Below the pieces are notes generated by a model, which saw only the letters and a program-made list of their open reading frames with translations, was not told where the DNA came from and made no database searches. The position numbers and the translations under genes were made by a program. A stretch of DNA of 62,874 nt, the filler included, from Octopus bimaculoides (taxonomy: Eukaryota), in the NCBI RefSeq assembly GCF_001194135.2. It is 6 parts of 6 records of this genome, joined end to end, with 100 filler letters (N's around TTAATTAATTAA, not from the genome) between each part and the next. Parts side by side here need not be neighbours in the genome. Positions count along the whole stretch, not along the records: positions 1 to 24,518 come from NC_069002.1; 5 more parts are not named here. The stretch is one strand, 5' to 3'. Below are positions 1 through 11,117 of the stretch, in pieces; the stretch's first letter is position 1; every line of letters begins with the position of its first letter.

Positions 1-394
1 TGACAACTGATGCTGGTGTGTTTACGTCCCCGTAACTTAGTGGTTCGGCAAAAGAGACCGATAGAATAAGTACTAGGCTTACAAAGAATAAGTCTTGGGG
101 TCGATTTGCTCAACTGAAGGCAGTGCTCCAGCATGGCCACAGTCAAAAGACTGAAACAAGTAAAGAAAGAAAGATACACACACATTGAACTAATACAGCA
201 TTATTAAAATTTGTTCCTCCTGTCTTCTTTTCGTGCTCATTGTTTTACATATATATACATAAACACACACACATATATATGAAGGCATGTGGCCAAGTAG
301 TTAGAATGTTGGACTCGTGACTGTAAGATCACGGTTTCAAAACTCAGTCCAGGTAACACATAAATACATACCAACTTCTATAGTTGTTACTTAC

Positions 395-466
395 TTTGAC
401 AATAGTGGCTTCAGCTTGCAGGCCTGGACAGATAAATGAGAGCGGTAGAGGCAAGGGGTCTTTTAT
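395..466 (-). CDS. PDCD11: RRP5/PDCD11 exon: IKDPLPLPLSFICPGLQAEATIVK; gene continues beyond the left edge
   Basis: ttttcctttcttaaccag|ATA ... AAA|gtaagt; 72 nt, phase 0/0. Matches human LNNLLPGLVVKAQVQK. Confidence 0.82.
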
Positions 467-480
467 CTGGTTAAGAAAGG

Positions 481-700
481 AAAAAAATTATACAATAAGC
501 CAGCATTTCTCAACCGGGGTTCTGTGAAAAAGAGTGAGATAAGCTAATGCTAATTTCATGATGTAATATTACTATACATGCACAACATATTATTGGTTAT
601 TGTAATATTGTAATATAGATATCATCCTATCTAACCTATTATGTTATCAAGAAAATATAACATCCATTGGGGATATATTTAGTGATATCTGTAATTTATG
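481..700 (+). mobile_element. hAT-like element 5' end, other end in the gap
   Basis: CAGCATTTCTCAACCGGGGTTC resembles Charlie-type TIR CAGTGGTTCTCAACC. Confidence 0.35.
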
Positions 701-1966
701 GAGACACTATATATATATATATATATNNNNNNNNNNNNNNNNNNNNNNNNNNNNNNNNNNNNNNNNNNNNNNNNNNNNNNNNNNNNNNNNNNNNNNNNNN
801 NNNNNNNNNNNNNNNNNNNNNNNNNNNNNNNNNNNNNNNNNNNNNNNNNNNNNNNNNNNNNNNNNNNNNNNNNNNNNNNNNNNNNNNNNNNNNNNNNNNN
901 NNNNNNNNNNNNNNNNNNNNNNNNNNNNNNNNNNNNNNNNNNNNNNNNNNNNNNNNNNNNNNNNNNNNNNNNNNNNNNNNNNNNNNNNNNNNNNNNNNNN
1001 NNNNNNNNNNNNNNNNNNNNNNNNNNNNNNNNNNNNNNNNNNNNNNNNNNNNNNNNNNNNNNNNNNNNNNNNNNNNNNNNNNNNNNNNNNNNNNNNNNNN
1101 NNNNNNNNNNNNNNNNNNNNNNNNNNNNNNNNNNNNNNNNNNNNNNNNNNNNNNNNNNNNNNNNNNNNNNNNNNNNNNNNNNNNNNNNNNNNNNNNNNNN
1201 NNNNNNNNNNNNNNNNNNNNNNNNNNNNNNNNNNNNNNNNNNNNNNNNNNNNNNNNNNNNNNNNNNNNNNNNNNNNNNNNNNNNNNNNNNNNNNNNNNNN
1301 NNNNNNNNNNNNNNNNNNNNNNNNNNNNNNNNNNNNNNNNNNNNNNNNNNNNNNNNNNNNNNNNNNNNNNNNNNNNNNNNNNNNNNNNNNNNNNNNNNNN
1401 NNNNNNNNNNNNNNNNNNNNNNNNNNNNNNNNNNNNNNNNNNNNNNNNNNNNNNNNNNNNNNNNNNNNNNNNNNNNNNNNNNNNNNNNNNNNNNNNNNNN
1501 NNNNNNNNTTCCTACGTCTGAGGGGTTAGTCTAGTCTTAAGTTAAATGGTGAGCAGAAGGAAAAAGCATCCAACTGCAAATCAACGAATTGCATTCATGG
1601 AGAGAATAGGAAATTCTACTTCTGTGCATATTATTCAGTCAGTTTACCAACAAGGGTATGAAAACCAGAATATGAAAATCAATTGAATAATGGTTTATAT
1701 ATATACATATGTCATGCAAGGTACTTGGTGACCGTGTCAGTGACAGTGCCATGTAAAAAGCCCCCAGTACACAATGTAAAGGGGTTGGCATTAGGGAGGG
1801 CATCCAGCTGTAGAAACCATGCCAAAATAGACATTGGAGCCTGACATGGCTCCCACCCTAGCCAGTTCCTATCAAACCATCCAACCCATGCCAGCATGGA
1901 AAATAGACATTAAATGATGATGATATATCCATCCATCCATCATTTTAAATTCAGGTTTTGTCCCCA

Positions 1967-2330
1967 TTAACAGGGATCGCTGGATCTACCACAATGCCAT
2001 AGCAACTGCCATCTCACCTGGTTCTGGGTGTCCTCCCTTCTCAAGCCAACCCTCCCAATCTCCTCTTCCACCTGTCCCCTCCACACTTTCCTCAGTCTAC
2101 CTTGCTTTCTCGGTCCATTCACCTCAAACTCTAGCATCCTCTTCAGAACATGCTCCTCATCCCTCCTCAACACATGCCCATACCACCACACTCCATTCGC
2201 CCTTGCCAGCCGTTCCACTGATTCCTCTGACCCCAGCATCCCCATCAAGTCCTCAGTCCTCCTCTTATCAAACAGCCTCACACCACACATTTCTCTCACC
2301 ATTGCTCTTTCAGTCTGTGAGTGTGTGTAT
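1967..2330 (-). mobile_element. RTE-clade LINE 3' fragment
   Basis: MVREMCGVRLFDKRRTEDL...ARANGVWWYGHVLRRDEEHVLKRMLEFEV.G.RKQGR is a typical RTE C-terminus. Confidence 0.85.
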
Positions 2331-2356
2331 GCATCAAATAGGGGTTAATTACGTAC

Positions 2357-2478
2357 CATTTGAGTTGCAATTTTAAAAGGATCAGCCGAGAGAGTCACAG
2401 ATCGTATCACATTCCTTTTTATGCGTGTAACATCGACAACTAAACATTGTAGCTGCTGACCCATTTTGATTTGTTTCC
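2357..2478 (-). CDS. PDCD11: RRP5/PDCD11 exon: (G)KQIKMGQQLQCLVVDVTRIKRNVIRSVTLSADPFKIATQM
   Basis: tttttctacag|GG ... ATG|gtacgt; 122 nt, phase 1/0, which completes the preceding exon's phase. Matches human GAKLKVGQYLNCIVEKV...VVSLS. Confidence 0.88.
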
Positions 2479-2699
2479 CTGTAGAAAAATCAGAAAAGGG
2501 GACATAGATATAAAAAAGGTAAACAATAATTGGTTGAGTCAGTTATTCCAGGATTAAATATCACAAAAATATAACAATGCATGAATTTGGATGAAACTTG
2601 GTGATCAGGTGTAACGATTGGAAGTGTACGCTATGAGATTTTTACTTTTTGTTGATTGTTACCTGTCATGTCATTGTCACCTGCCCAGGTAATTTGAAT

Positions 2700-3000
2700 A
2701 GAGGTATTTACAAGATATTGATTCCTGGGCATTCATTTCATGTTTCAGAGCTGAATTTGTGCTTCCATAGTTTTTTTTTTAACTTAGAAGCTGCACAGAT
2801 CTCATCAGAAAAAGCATTGCAAAATATGTCTTCGTCTCCTCGTTTGATGTAACGAATGCCATGTTGCCCTGTTGATGAACATATTTTGTAGGTGAATGCT
2901 CAATGAGCTTTGCTTCTAAATTCAAAAGCTTTACAGAGCCAGCATCACTAAGGAAAACATCAATGTAGTGATCAGTTATGAGATTATGTCACTTCTCTCA
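2700..3000 (-). mobile_element. Decayed piggyBac transposase N-terminal fragment
   Basis: DHYIDVFLSD...FVTSNEETKTYFAMLFLMRSVQL resembles the PGBD motif VT.EEMKAF.GLLILMGIVQL. Confidence 0.4.
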
Positions 3001-3139
3001 GAATCAGTTTTGAATCCAGAAATAAATCCCAGCTAGAAACACTTGAATCAATGATGCATTCAAGATGACACAGAAATAGTTCCCTGATTATCTTCTCCAA
3101 GTCTCTAACTAATTAACCCATTAATAATATCATTGAATT

Positions 3140-3353
3140 AAAGTGGCGAGCTGGCAGAAACGTTAGCACGCCGGGCGAAATGCCTAGTGATATTTTGTTG
3201 GTCTTTATGTTCTGAGTTCAAATTCCGCTGAGGTCGGCTTTACCTTTCATTCTTTTGGGGTCGATAAATTAAGTACCAGTTGCATACTAGGGTCAATCTA
3301 ATCGACTGGCTCCCTCACCCCAAATTTCGGGTCTTGTGCCTAGAGTAGAAAGG
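3140..3353 (+). mobile_element. tRNA-derived SINE family A (tail type 1)
   Basis: Head GGCGAGCTGGCAGAAACGTTAGCACGCCGGGCGAAATGC; 17-bp TSD AATAATATCA(T/C)TGAATT. Other family A copies: 28153-28342(-), 28770-28925(-), 35595-35785(+), 37950-38152(-), 48255-48425(+). Confidence 0.9.
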
Positions 3354-3581
3354 AATAATATCACTGAATTTTAACCCACCACTTGAGATATCCCACTGTG
3401 ATGCTTGAAAATTGAAGAAAAGCCTGAATAAAAAGCTAATACAAACATTGTGGTATAAACAGGAAGTCCTTTTTAAGATGAGACTAAATTTTGTTTTTCA
3501 ACCCCTAAACAAAAATTTAAATTACTGTTGCATGTAGTTCAGACTCGGTGGCAGTTGCAGCTATTTGCAGTACAGAACTGT

Positions 3582-3805
3582 AACCCTTCAGCATTTAAAT
3601 GGCCATATCTGGCCCAAATATTCTATCTGTTTTATATTTAAACTAGCCAGAACTGGCCTCTTACACTTACCCTACAATATCATTCAAAAAATATATAATC
3701 ACATCATTGAAATTTCGAAGCTATGAGATAATGCATGATTAATTCAAAATGATGTGAATAGATAAACATTACATTTGACAAAGTAGTCTGGATGCTAAAG
3801 GGTTA
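3582..3805. mobile_element. piggyBac-type MITE (second copy about 5925-6143)
   Basis: Ends CCCTTCAGCAT ... ATGCTAAAGGG flanked by (G/T)TAA and TTAA; a similar copy lies 2.3 kb away. Confidence 0.7.
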
Positions 3806-3876
3806 AGACTTATGCAATATAACTAAAGTGGTCACAAACAGAGAATAAGAAAGGCAAAACACAAAGTTTCTCTTAC

Positions 3877-3988
3877 CATCGTTATACTTGCTTGCGTTTT
3901 CCTTACTGAGGAATGCATAGACATCTTTGAGACCAATATCAATTATATACCCATGGTCTTCAATACTTTTAACACTTCCTACAAGGAT
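3877..3988 (-). CDS. PDCD11: RRP5/PDCD11 exon: ILVGSVKSIEDHGYIIDIGLKDVYAFLSKENASKYND(G)
   Basis: ttgtcttttag|ATC ... GATG|gtaaga; 112 nt, phase 0/1. Matches human [27 protein letters not shown]. Confidence 0.93.
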
Positions 3989-4385
3989 CTAAAAGACAAA
4001 AACCAGTGACAAATTTTATACTGTTTATGTGAATGTGTTAGGAAGGGCCTCCTTAACATTAGGAAAGGCATCCAGCCATCGAGATTAACAGAAAACAGAC
4101 ATGGAACCCAGGCAGCTCCCATCAAACTGTCCAACCCATGCAAGCATGGAAAATAGATGATGATGTGTCCTTAGCTCAGATCCACTGATTTTCTGTTTCT
4201 GAGTAAGTTATTGCTCTACATAGCCATTTGTTCACTTCCTTGATTGAACTGAACACAAGAAACCGTGGAAACACTGCCTGGGTAGACCGGTATACTATGA
4301 CAGTAGAGCTTTTAGCATGAATAACAGCAATGTCAGTAACTTTAAAGGCTGTGCTGCGATGCACACATCGAATGATGAAAATATA

Positions 4386-4602
4386 TGAGGGAGCGCTGAA
4401 AAGTTCCTGGCTTTGGGTAAAAGAAAATACAGGAGAATCAGTTAATTATGATTTTATCCAAAATAATCCCCTCTCAGATTCACACACTTATTGCAATGAT
4501 CTTTCAGTTTTTCTAAGCCCCGTAAAAGAACTCGGAAGGTTGGGCCTCCAGCCAGGCCTTTCGTGACACCCTTAAAGCCAGGAACTTTTCAGTACACCCT
4601 CG
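4386..4602. mobile_element. mariner-derived MITE (partial tandem copy 4639-4715)
   Basis: TIR (T/C)GAGGG..GCTGAAAAGTTCCTGGCTTT at both ends, TA TSD; 217 bp. Confidence 0.85.
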
Positions 4603-5087
4603 TATATATGTATTTGTGTATCTGTGTGTATATGTATACGAGGGGTTGCTGAAAAGTTCCTGGCTTTGGGTAAAAGAAAAGATAGGAGGGTCAGTCAATT
4701 ATGATCTTATTCAATTGTGCCGAGTTCATTTCCTCTCACCATAAATCAACAACTAAGTGTTGAATACGGTGCTGTAAGCTAATGCAACGCTTACTATTAC
4801 AGCTCTGAACTATTCCAACTCTGGGGTACTTTACCACAAATGCAGTACAGTTGGTAATCATCATCATCACCATCATTTAACGTCCACCTTCCATACTAGC
4901 ATGGGTGGGACTGTAACAAGATATGAGTTTCCACAGGCATAGCTGTGAGGTTAAGACGTTTGCTTCTTAGCCACATGGTTTTGGGGTCAATCCCAGTGTA
5001 TGGCACACTTTGGGTGAGTGCCTTCTACTATAGACCCAGGCCGACCAAAGCATTGTAAGAAATTTGGTAGACAGAAACTGAAAGAAG

Positions 5088-5317
5088 GTGACGAGCTGGC
5101 AGAAATGTTAGCACGCCGGGCGAAATGCTTAGTGGTATTTCGTCTGTCTTTACGTTCTGAGTTCAAATTCCGCCAAGGTCGACTTTGCCTTTCATCCTTT
5201 CAGGATCGATAAATTAAGTACCAGTTGCGTACTGGGGTCGATGTAATCGACTTAATCCCTTTGTCTGTCCTTGCTTGTCCCCTCTGTGTTTAGCCCCTTG
5301 TGGGCAATACAGAAATA
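5088..5317 (+). mobile_element. SINE family A (tail type 2) inserted into a family B SINE
   Basis: Exact 15-bp TSD AGAAACTGAAAGAAG (5073-5087 and 5318-5332). Confidence 0.92.
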
Positions 5318-6321
5318 AGAAACTGAAAGAAGCTCATTATCACCATCATTTAAGGTCCATTTTCCATGCTAGCATGGGTTGGACGGTTTGGTTAGAGCTG
5401 CATCGGGTTTCAGTCTGTTTCGGCTTGATTTCTACAGCTGGATGCTCTTCTTAACGCCAACCACTTTACAAAGTGTGCCAGGTGCTCTTTAAGTGGCACT
5501 GACACAGGGTACATATGTGGCACCAACATAGGTGCTTTTTATGTGGCACCAACGTGGGTGACACCAGCAAGTGCTTTTTACATGGCACTGGCACAGTGCC
5601 TTTTATGTGGCACCAGCACAGGTGCATGTTACATGGCACTGGCACAGGTGCCTTTTACATGGTACCAGCACCAACAGGGTCACTGAGTAACTTACAAGAC
5701 AAAAACCCCTTCAGCTGGGTGGGGGGCATAAACCAAGGTGGTTTAGGATAACAATTCTGTCGTGGTGGGTGGGTCTTCCTGAGTACAGCAAGGCACCAGA
5801 TACCTCTGTGATTGTAAATGAATGGCATTCATTTCCAATATTCTACAAAAACACACCTGACCTTGGGAAATCTCCCTTGATAAAATTCACCTGATTCATG
5901 CAAGCACGGAAGAGTGAACATAAATCCTTTAGCATTTAAACCGGCCATATCCAGCCCAAATATTCAACCAGCTTTTTGTTCAAGCTGGCCAGATCCAGCC
6001 CCTCACACCTATCGTACAATATCATTCTAAAAATAAACAATCACATCATTGAAATCTCAAAGCCAGGTGATAATACATGATGACTTAAAAACAATATGGA
6101 TAAATAAACATTAGATCTGACAGAGAAATCTGATTGCTAAAGGATGATGATGATGATGATGTTACTTGTCTACTGTTCTGTTGACTTGGATACCAGCACA
6201 ACTCAACACTAAGACTAACCACAATGTCATACCAATTCTGAATAATATGAAGGAAATAGTTACAATATAAAGATAACTTTCTCTGAAATGAGAGAAATTA
6301 AGGAAAAAAAATGATACTCAC

Positions 6322-6468
6322 CATATTATTTTTAATCTGAACTTGTTCTATATAGCAGTTGATATCCTCGGGAGATAAAGACAAGTCAAATGTGCCGTTT
6401 TTAGTGGATATAACCTTACAAACGATGAAAGAACCTTTTGGAAATAGGTTGGAGAGTGTGTGATCAGC
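6322..6468 (-). CDS. PDCD11: RRP5/PDCD11 exon: ADHTLSNLFPKGSFIVCKVISTKNGTFDLSLSPEDINCYIEQVQIKNNM
   Basis: ttttgtatcgacag|GCT ... ATG|gtgagt; 147 nt, phase 0/0. Matches human LPELFSPGMLVRCVVSSL...VKLSLNPKNVN. Confidence 0.9.
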
Positions 6469-7472
6469 CTGTCGATACAAAAAAAAAAAAATAATTAAAA
6501 AATACATAAACTAAAGATGGAATGAAAAATGAATAAATCAGTAAATAAATGAATATAAAAAAAAATTAAATAAAAATACACATACTAAAGACAATGAAAA
6601 ATAAATGAATAAAAAAACCTAAAGACACAGGAACAGACTGCGTAGTAAGCAAACACAATGTGGTAAGCAAACGCACATAGTAAGCACATAGACATGCATA
6701 TACACATGGACACACGAACACAGTTGCAAATGCTTGTGCAGATAAGAACATGCACTACAGAAAGACAGAATGGACTAAACAGAACAGGAGGAGATACTAG
6801 GGATGGAGAGTTAATGAAGAGGTCACAGGGATGTGTGATGAAAGATTTCAGGCAAAGGACACTAAAATCTACTATAATAATACTCTTGTGTTTTTCTCTG
6901 TCACAACATATGAATGAGAAAGAAAGGGGTGATAGATGAATAAGGAAGGAAGGGGTGAAGGATGGTGAACATCCAACGCTGAAAAGAAAAATCAAACAGC
7001 GTTTTAACTCTGTGTAAGTATATGTTTGTATGTGTGTGTGTACAAGGGAAGCATGTGAATGCGTGTGAACATTGACAAGTGTATTTGATTTATCATCCGT
7101 ATTTATATGTAAAATACTACAATTAACTGCCATTTTTGATGGCACGGGACCAGCTGGTAAGAATAATAATAAAGCTGATCTGAAGAACGAATATATAGTG
7201 CTTGTGGTTAATTGGCAAAAAACTATGACCATCCCCCAAAAGAAAAAGACTGCCATTTCTTAAAATTGGTATCATTTATCTGAAGAAACAAAAAGAAGTA
7301 ATGGAAACACTTACAAAGAGAGATAAAAAAGACTGAGAGAAGCAAAGAATAACAACCACAGGTACCAAAAGAAACAAAGTGGAGGGTAGTGACGGATTAA
7401 AGGAGGAAAACTAAAAAGACAAGAATACAAAACAAAAACAATCTGTAGAAGTAAAATATAAGCAAATCTTAC

Positions 7473-7649
7473 CAGTTGGGAAAGATTTTTTTTGCCATTT
7501 TCGACAAGAGATTTCAGATAACTTGTGTAGGTTGGAGATATGTTCGTAGCATTTACAATTCCTGTTAAACCTTTTGGCAATGCTACTTCCAAGTTCACAT
7601 TCTCTGCTTTGGTAACATAGCCATATGTCAACAGACCTTCTGTCAATAA
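7473..7649 (-). CDS. PDCD11: RRP5 homolog (PDCD11) exon, S1 domain 1: LLTEGLLTYGYVTKAENVNLEVALPKGLTGIVNATNISPTYTSYLKSLVENGKKNLSQL
   Basis: Acceptor ttttctttcatctag|TTA and donor CTG|gtaaga; 177 nt, phase 0/0. Aligns by eye to human RRP5 [45 protein letters not shown]. Confidence 0.9.
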
Positions 7650-8229
7650 CTAGATGAAAGAAAATATATAAATATACTTCAAGAAAGTAGATAATTACAA
7701 ATATTTTAGAAGTCAAATCTCCAAATTCAAGAGTGAATATGGAAACCAGGATTAGTAACACAGTTTGGATAAGATATGGAAATCTAATCTACCCTGAAAA
7801 ACTAAAATAGATTTCCTCTGAGATTGCAGCTGAATGAATTTAAGTTTGTGGTTTGATAATATGGACACTGACAGCTCCCAGATATGAGAATTTTTATTAA
7901 TCACTACAATTGTTTTGTTATTTAACAATGTGTTTATGTATCTATGTATCAACTTTTCTTTTGATCTATGTATCTACTTTTCTTGCAGTGTTATAAACAT
8001 TTAAAAACACAAAATGAATGCCGTCACCACTCACTGTCCCTTTCTCTCTCACTTCCTCTCTGTAACAGTTAAAAACACAAACAAATGCTGTCATCACTCA
8101 CTGTCTCTTTCCCTCTCCCTCTCTCGCTTTATCACTCACTTCATCCTTTGAAGTAAGTGTGACACACACCACAGGTATGACCGTACAAAAAGAACAAGTT
8201 GGCATATTAATATTACTGATGATTCCATG

Positions 8230-8720
8230 TCGGACCATGTCTTCCACAATGGATAAGCCTCTGGATCAGGATGGGTTTCTGTATTATTTGGGGTAATTTA
8301 TAATGTCTCAATAAATGAAGTTGCTTTGTTTTTCCATTTGGGCGCACAGATGTAAAGATTTCTTGTCTAACATAGAGGTGACCATTGGTGAAGCAGGACT
8401 CTTCAAGGTGTATGAGAGGATGCTGAAAAGTTCCTGGCTTTAAGGGTATTGTGAAAGGCCTGGTTGGAGGTCCAACCTTCTGCGTTCTTTTATAGGGCTT
8501 AGAAAAACTGAAGGACTGCTGCAATAACTGTGTGAATCTGAGAGGGGAATATGTTCAATAAAATCATAATTAACTGATCCTCCTGTATTTTCTTTTACCC
8601 AAAGCCAGGAACTTTTCAGCACCCCCTCATAAACTGGTAACCAAAAGCATTTGTCCTTGCGATTTGTTGATGGTTACAGCAAAACTAAGACTCACTGGAA
8701 ATTGAATTGAAAAGGACATC
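8230..8720 (-). mobile_element. Helitron Pif1-like helicase C-terminal remnant split by the MITE
   Basis: Removing the MITE and one TA gives QFPVSLSFAVTINKSQGQMLLVTSLHLEESCFTNGHLYV, then PNGKTK (Pif1 motifs V/VI typical of Helitrons). Confidence 0.85.
8414..8629. mobile_element. mariner-derived MITE, same family as 4386-4602, opposite orientation
   Basis: Same TIRs, TA at 8412-8413 and 8630-8631; 216 bp. Confidence 0.88.
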
Positions 8721-9244
8721 ATTATCTCCTGAGTCTGTGTGACAGAGGCTCTTGTGCACTTATCAATTGATGTATTCTATGCTCAGGTGACTCCTGAGTC
8801 TCTGCAGCAGATGCTCATTTTCGCAGATCATCAAATCTCTTCTGTCTCTGTTTGGGTGTCTCCTGAACTCACTGCTGATGCTTTGTGAAGGTCTTTCGGT
8901 TCTGTCACCCAAATGAACTTCCTTACATACTCTCACACACACACTCAATTAGTAACCTGACTAGCCCTCTCTTAAGGGCCAAAAGACGCTTCATCTGCCA
9001 GCAATTATTGTTTCTCTACAAAGCTCAGGTGAGGTCCATAACGAAATATTGCTCTCACATCTAGGTTACAGCTCCTGCTTCACAGACAGACATCCTAGAC
9101 CACACCCAAAAACAAATCCAGAGACACACTCCTATTTCTGGCCCAGAGGCGCAGTCTCCTCTCTTTGCCTTTCCTACCGCTGCTATAATAGCCTTTGATC
9201 CACGGCTTGGTTCATACAATCTCTACCCAGGTTTTCCTGATTAA

Positions 9245-9560
9245 CTCGTTTTCCCCCACATCAACTCCATGTCGAAACTCCCCCTGCACTCACCGCAATG
9301 AACGCCGGCTTCTTGAAGCCCTACTTTGTGGAAGTTTTGTTTTAGATGTTCAAGAGGAACATTAACGGCATTGGTTAATGTTTACAAGTACCACGGCATT
9401 TATCTCACCAATTTAGGTGGCCCTACGAAAGGCAAAAAGGTCCTTTCCTTTCCGATTGCGTGTCCAACTACTTTGCCAATCGAATGCTCCATAACAACAT
9501 CATGTTTGCATTTTAGAAACAGAGATCCATCAATTTGAACAACGACATTCTCACCACTTA
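9245..9560 (-). mobile_element. Possible Merlin/IS1595-type transposase remnant
   Basis: SGENVVVQIDGSLFLKCKH resembles GG...VQIDESLF.KRKY; later TNAV and ELMW resemble HTN.VE and EFMWR; in-frame stops. Confidence 0.45.
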
Positions 9561-9789
9561 TAACTTAGTTCAATCAGATATTGAATGAATCTTCCATTCA
9601 TTTACAGTATTACGACGGCCTATTTATTGATTGTATTTTGCTATATTTTTAAACTGTTATCAACCATCCATCCATCAAGTGAACAGCTGATGGTAGTTTA
9701 TAATGAATTAGCACGCTGACAATTTCCTTTTTGAATTCCTGAAACCGATTTAATTGTCTCTATACTTAACGACGCATAAACCATTGCAA

Positions 9790-10180
9790 CACGTGACATT
9801 TTAAAACTATTTTTTTCATATCAAATTATCAAAAAATAATCTTACAATACTTCATAAACAGTAGAGTCTTTAAAAATATGATTATTACTCCAAATAACCA
9901 TTTATAATTAAAATAAACAATTAAAACCATCACAATACCTGTCCATACATCTTATATCAGTTTGGTTCGACTGAACATGTGGAGTAAATTGCTGCTTTCG
10001 TGCTTCCGGTTCTAATTCACGTGCTGAGTTAGTACACAATATTTTCGAATTTTAGCTATTATCTAATTAAATAATTAAGTTTATATTTAAACATTGATAT
10101 TTTCAGACAGTTATTAACAAACTTCTAAAATGCAATTATAACAAAATAACAATTTTTATGAATATATTCACGTGTTGAGT
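9790..10180. promoter_or_regulatory. Candidate bidirectional promoter region
   Basis: ETS-type CTTCCGG at 10003-10009 and CACGTG E-boxes at 9790, 10018 and 10169. Repeat-poor interval between a minus-strand donor (9938) and a plus-strand donor (10440). Confidence 0.4.
9939..10010 (-). other. Candidate first exon of PDCD11 (5' UTR plus possible MYGQ start)
   Basis: aagATG TAT GGA CAG|gtattg (ATG at 9950) is phase 0 and would join the 7649 exon in frame. It begins near a CCGGAAG motif. No transcript evidence. Confidence 0.3.
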
Positions 10181-10330
10181 TACAACACAATTAATACTTT
10201 CGAATTTTTGCTATTTTTTTTTATCAACTCATTAAATTTATTTAAACAAATATATGTAAAAATTAATGTTTTTAGATTGCTATTAATATTAGATTGTTAT
10301 TAATACTAAATTTAAAATATGATAAATAAC
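10016..10330. repeat. Degenerate ~150-bp tandem duplication
   Basis: TTCACGTG(C/T)TGAGTTA..ACACAAT....TTTCGAATTTT.GCTATT begins at both ~10016 and ~10167. Confidence 0.6.
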
Positions 10331-10369
10331 AATAATAACTTCTTTTTATAAATATAATCATTTCTTAGT

Positions 10370-10439
10370 TTCGTACAGCAGACATCGTAGCAAAGTCTCC
10401 AGGTCGCTGTTCCCTTAGTCGAAGACAAATAACTTCAAG
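10370..10439 (+). other. Candidate non-coding 5' exon of ATP5MK
   Basis: Strong donor TTCAAG|gtacgt at 10440. The ATP5MK coding exon at 15622 has an acceptor, so an upstream exon is required. The link is inferred. Confidence 0.3.
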
Positions 10440-11117
10440 GTACGTTTAAAATGCTTATAAAATTACCACAATTTACATCAAAGTTAAACACATATGTATA
10501 TCGGCTCCCTTCTATATTATTCTTACGTTTCCATATCTTTTGCAATGCAGATTTATTATTTATATTCCATTAATTAAAATGTTATTTAGAGGACATTTCT
10601 GAACAGGAAAACCTGAAGGGCACTTGCGACTGTTTCTTCTCTCTCACTCATCAAATATAACCTACTTTATTTTTATTTAAGATCTTGCCAAAAGAAGAAT
10701 GGTATGATCTGAAAATTCAGATTCAAGTTTACAGGAATAATTTTCTTTTATAATTCTTGAAATATTTTTGGGGCGCAAACTTGACTGTTGAATTCGTAAC
10801 ATCACATGTAATCGTTTTATATGTTGCATTATTTTTATTTAAAAGTAAATGGATACAACGAGTAATATTCAGTTATTCAATCGCCAGAATAAGTTACTCG
10901 TTGAATAAATAGTGTTATTGGCTGAGAATTCCGCAGACACTTGTAGTATCCTTAACGTAACCTTCAAACGAGCCAAGAAAGAAGCCGCTACGCAATTATT
11001 AAACCTGCTATGAATAGAAGTAAAATATACCCCGAATCACATACTACCGTCTTATAAAAATAAAAAAGGACGGAATGATAACCCCGTTAAAATTTACCGA
11101 AATGTCATAACGTACTT

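Noticed and set aside
5500-5680. ~27-bp repeats (TTTTATGTGGCACCAGCACAGG) resembling a CRISPR-like array
   Set aside because: Degenerate tandem units without unique spacers, inside a family C SINE in a eukaryotic genome.
10630-10705. SLTHQI ... ILPKEEW, reminiscent of UQCRB (LKHQILPKEQW)
   Set aside because: The two pieces are separated by a stop and AT-rich sequence, and the rest of the protein is absent; treated as coincidence.
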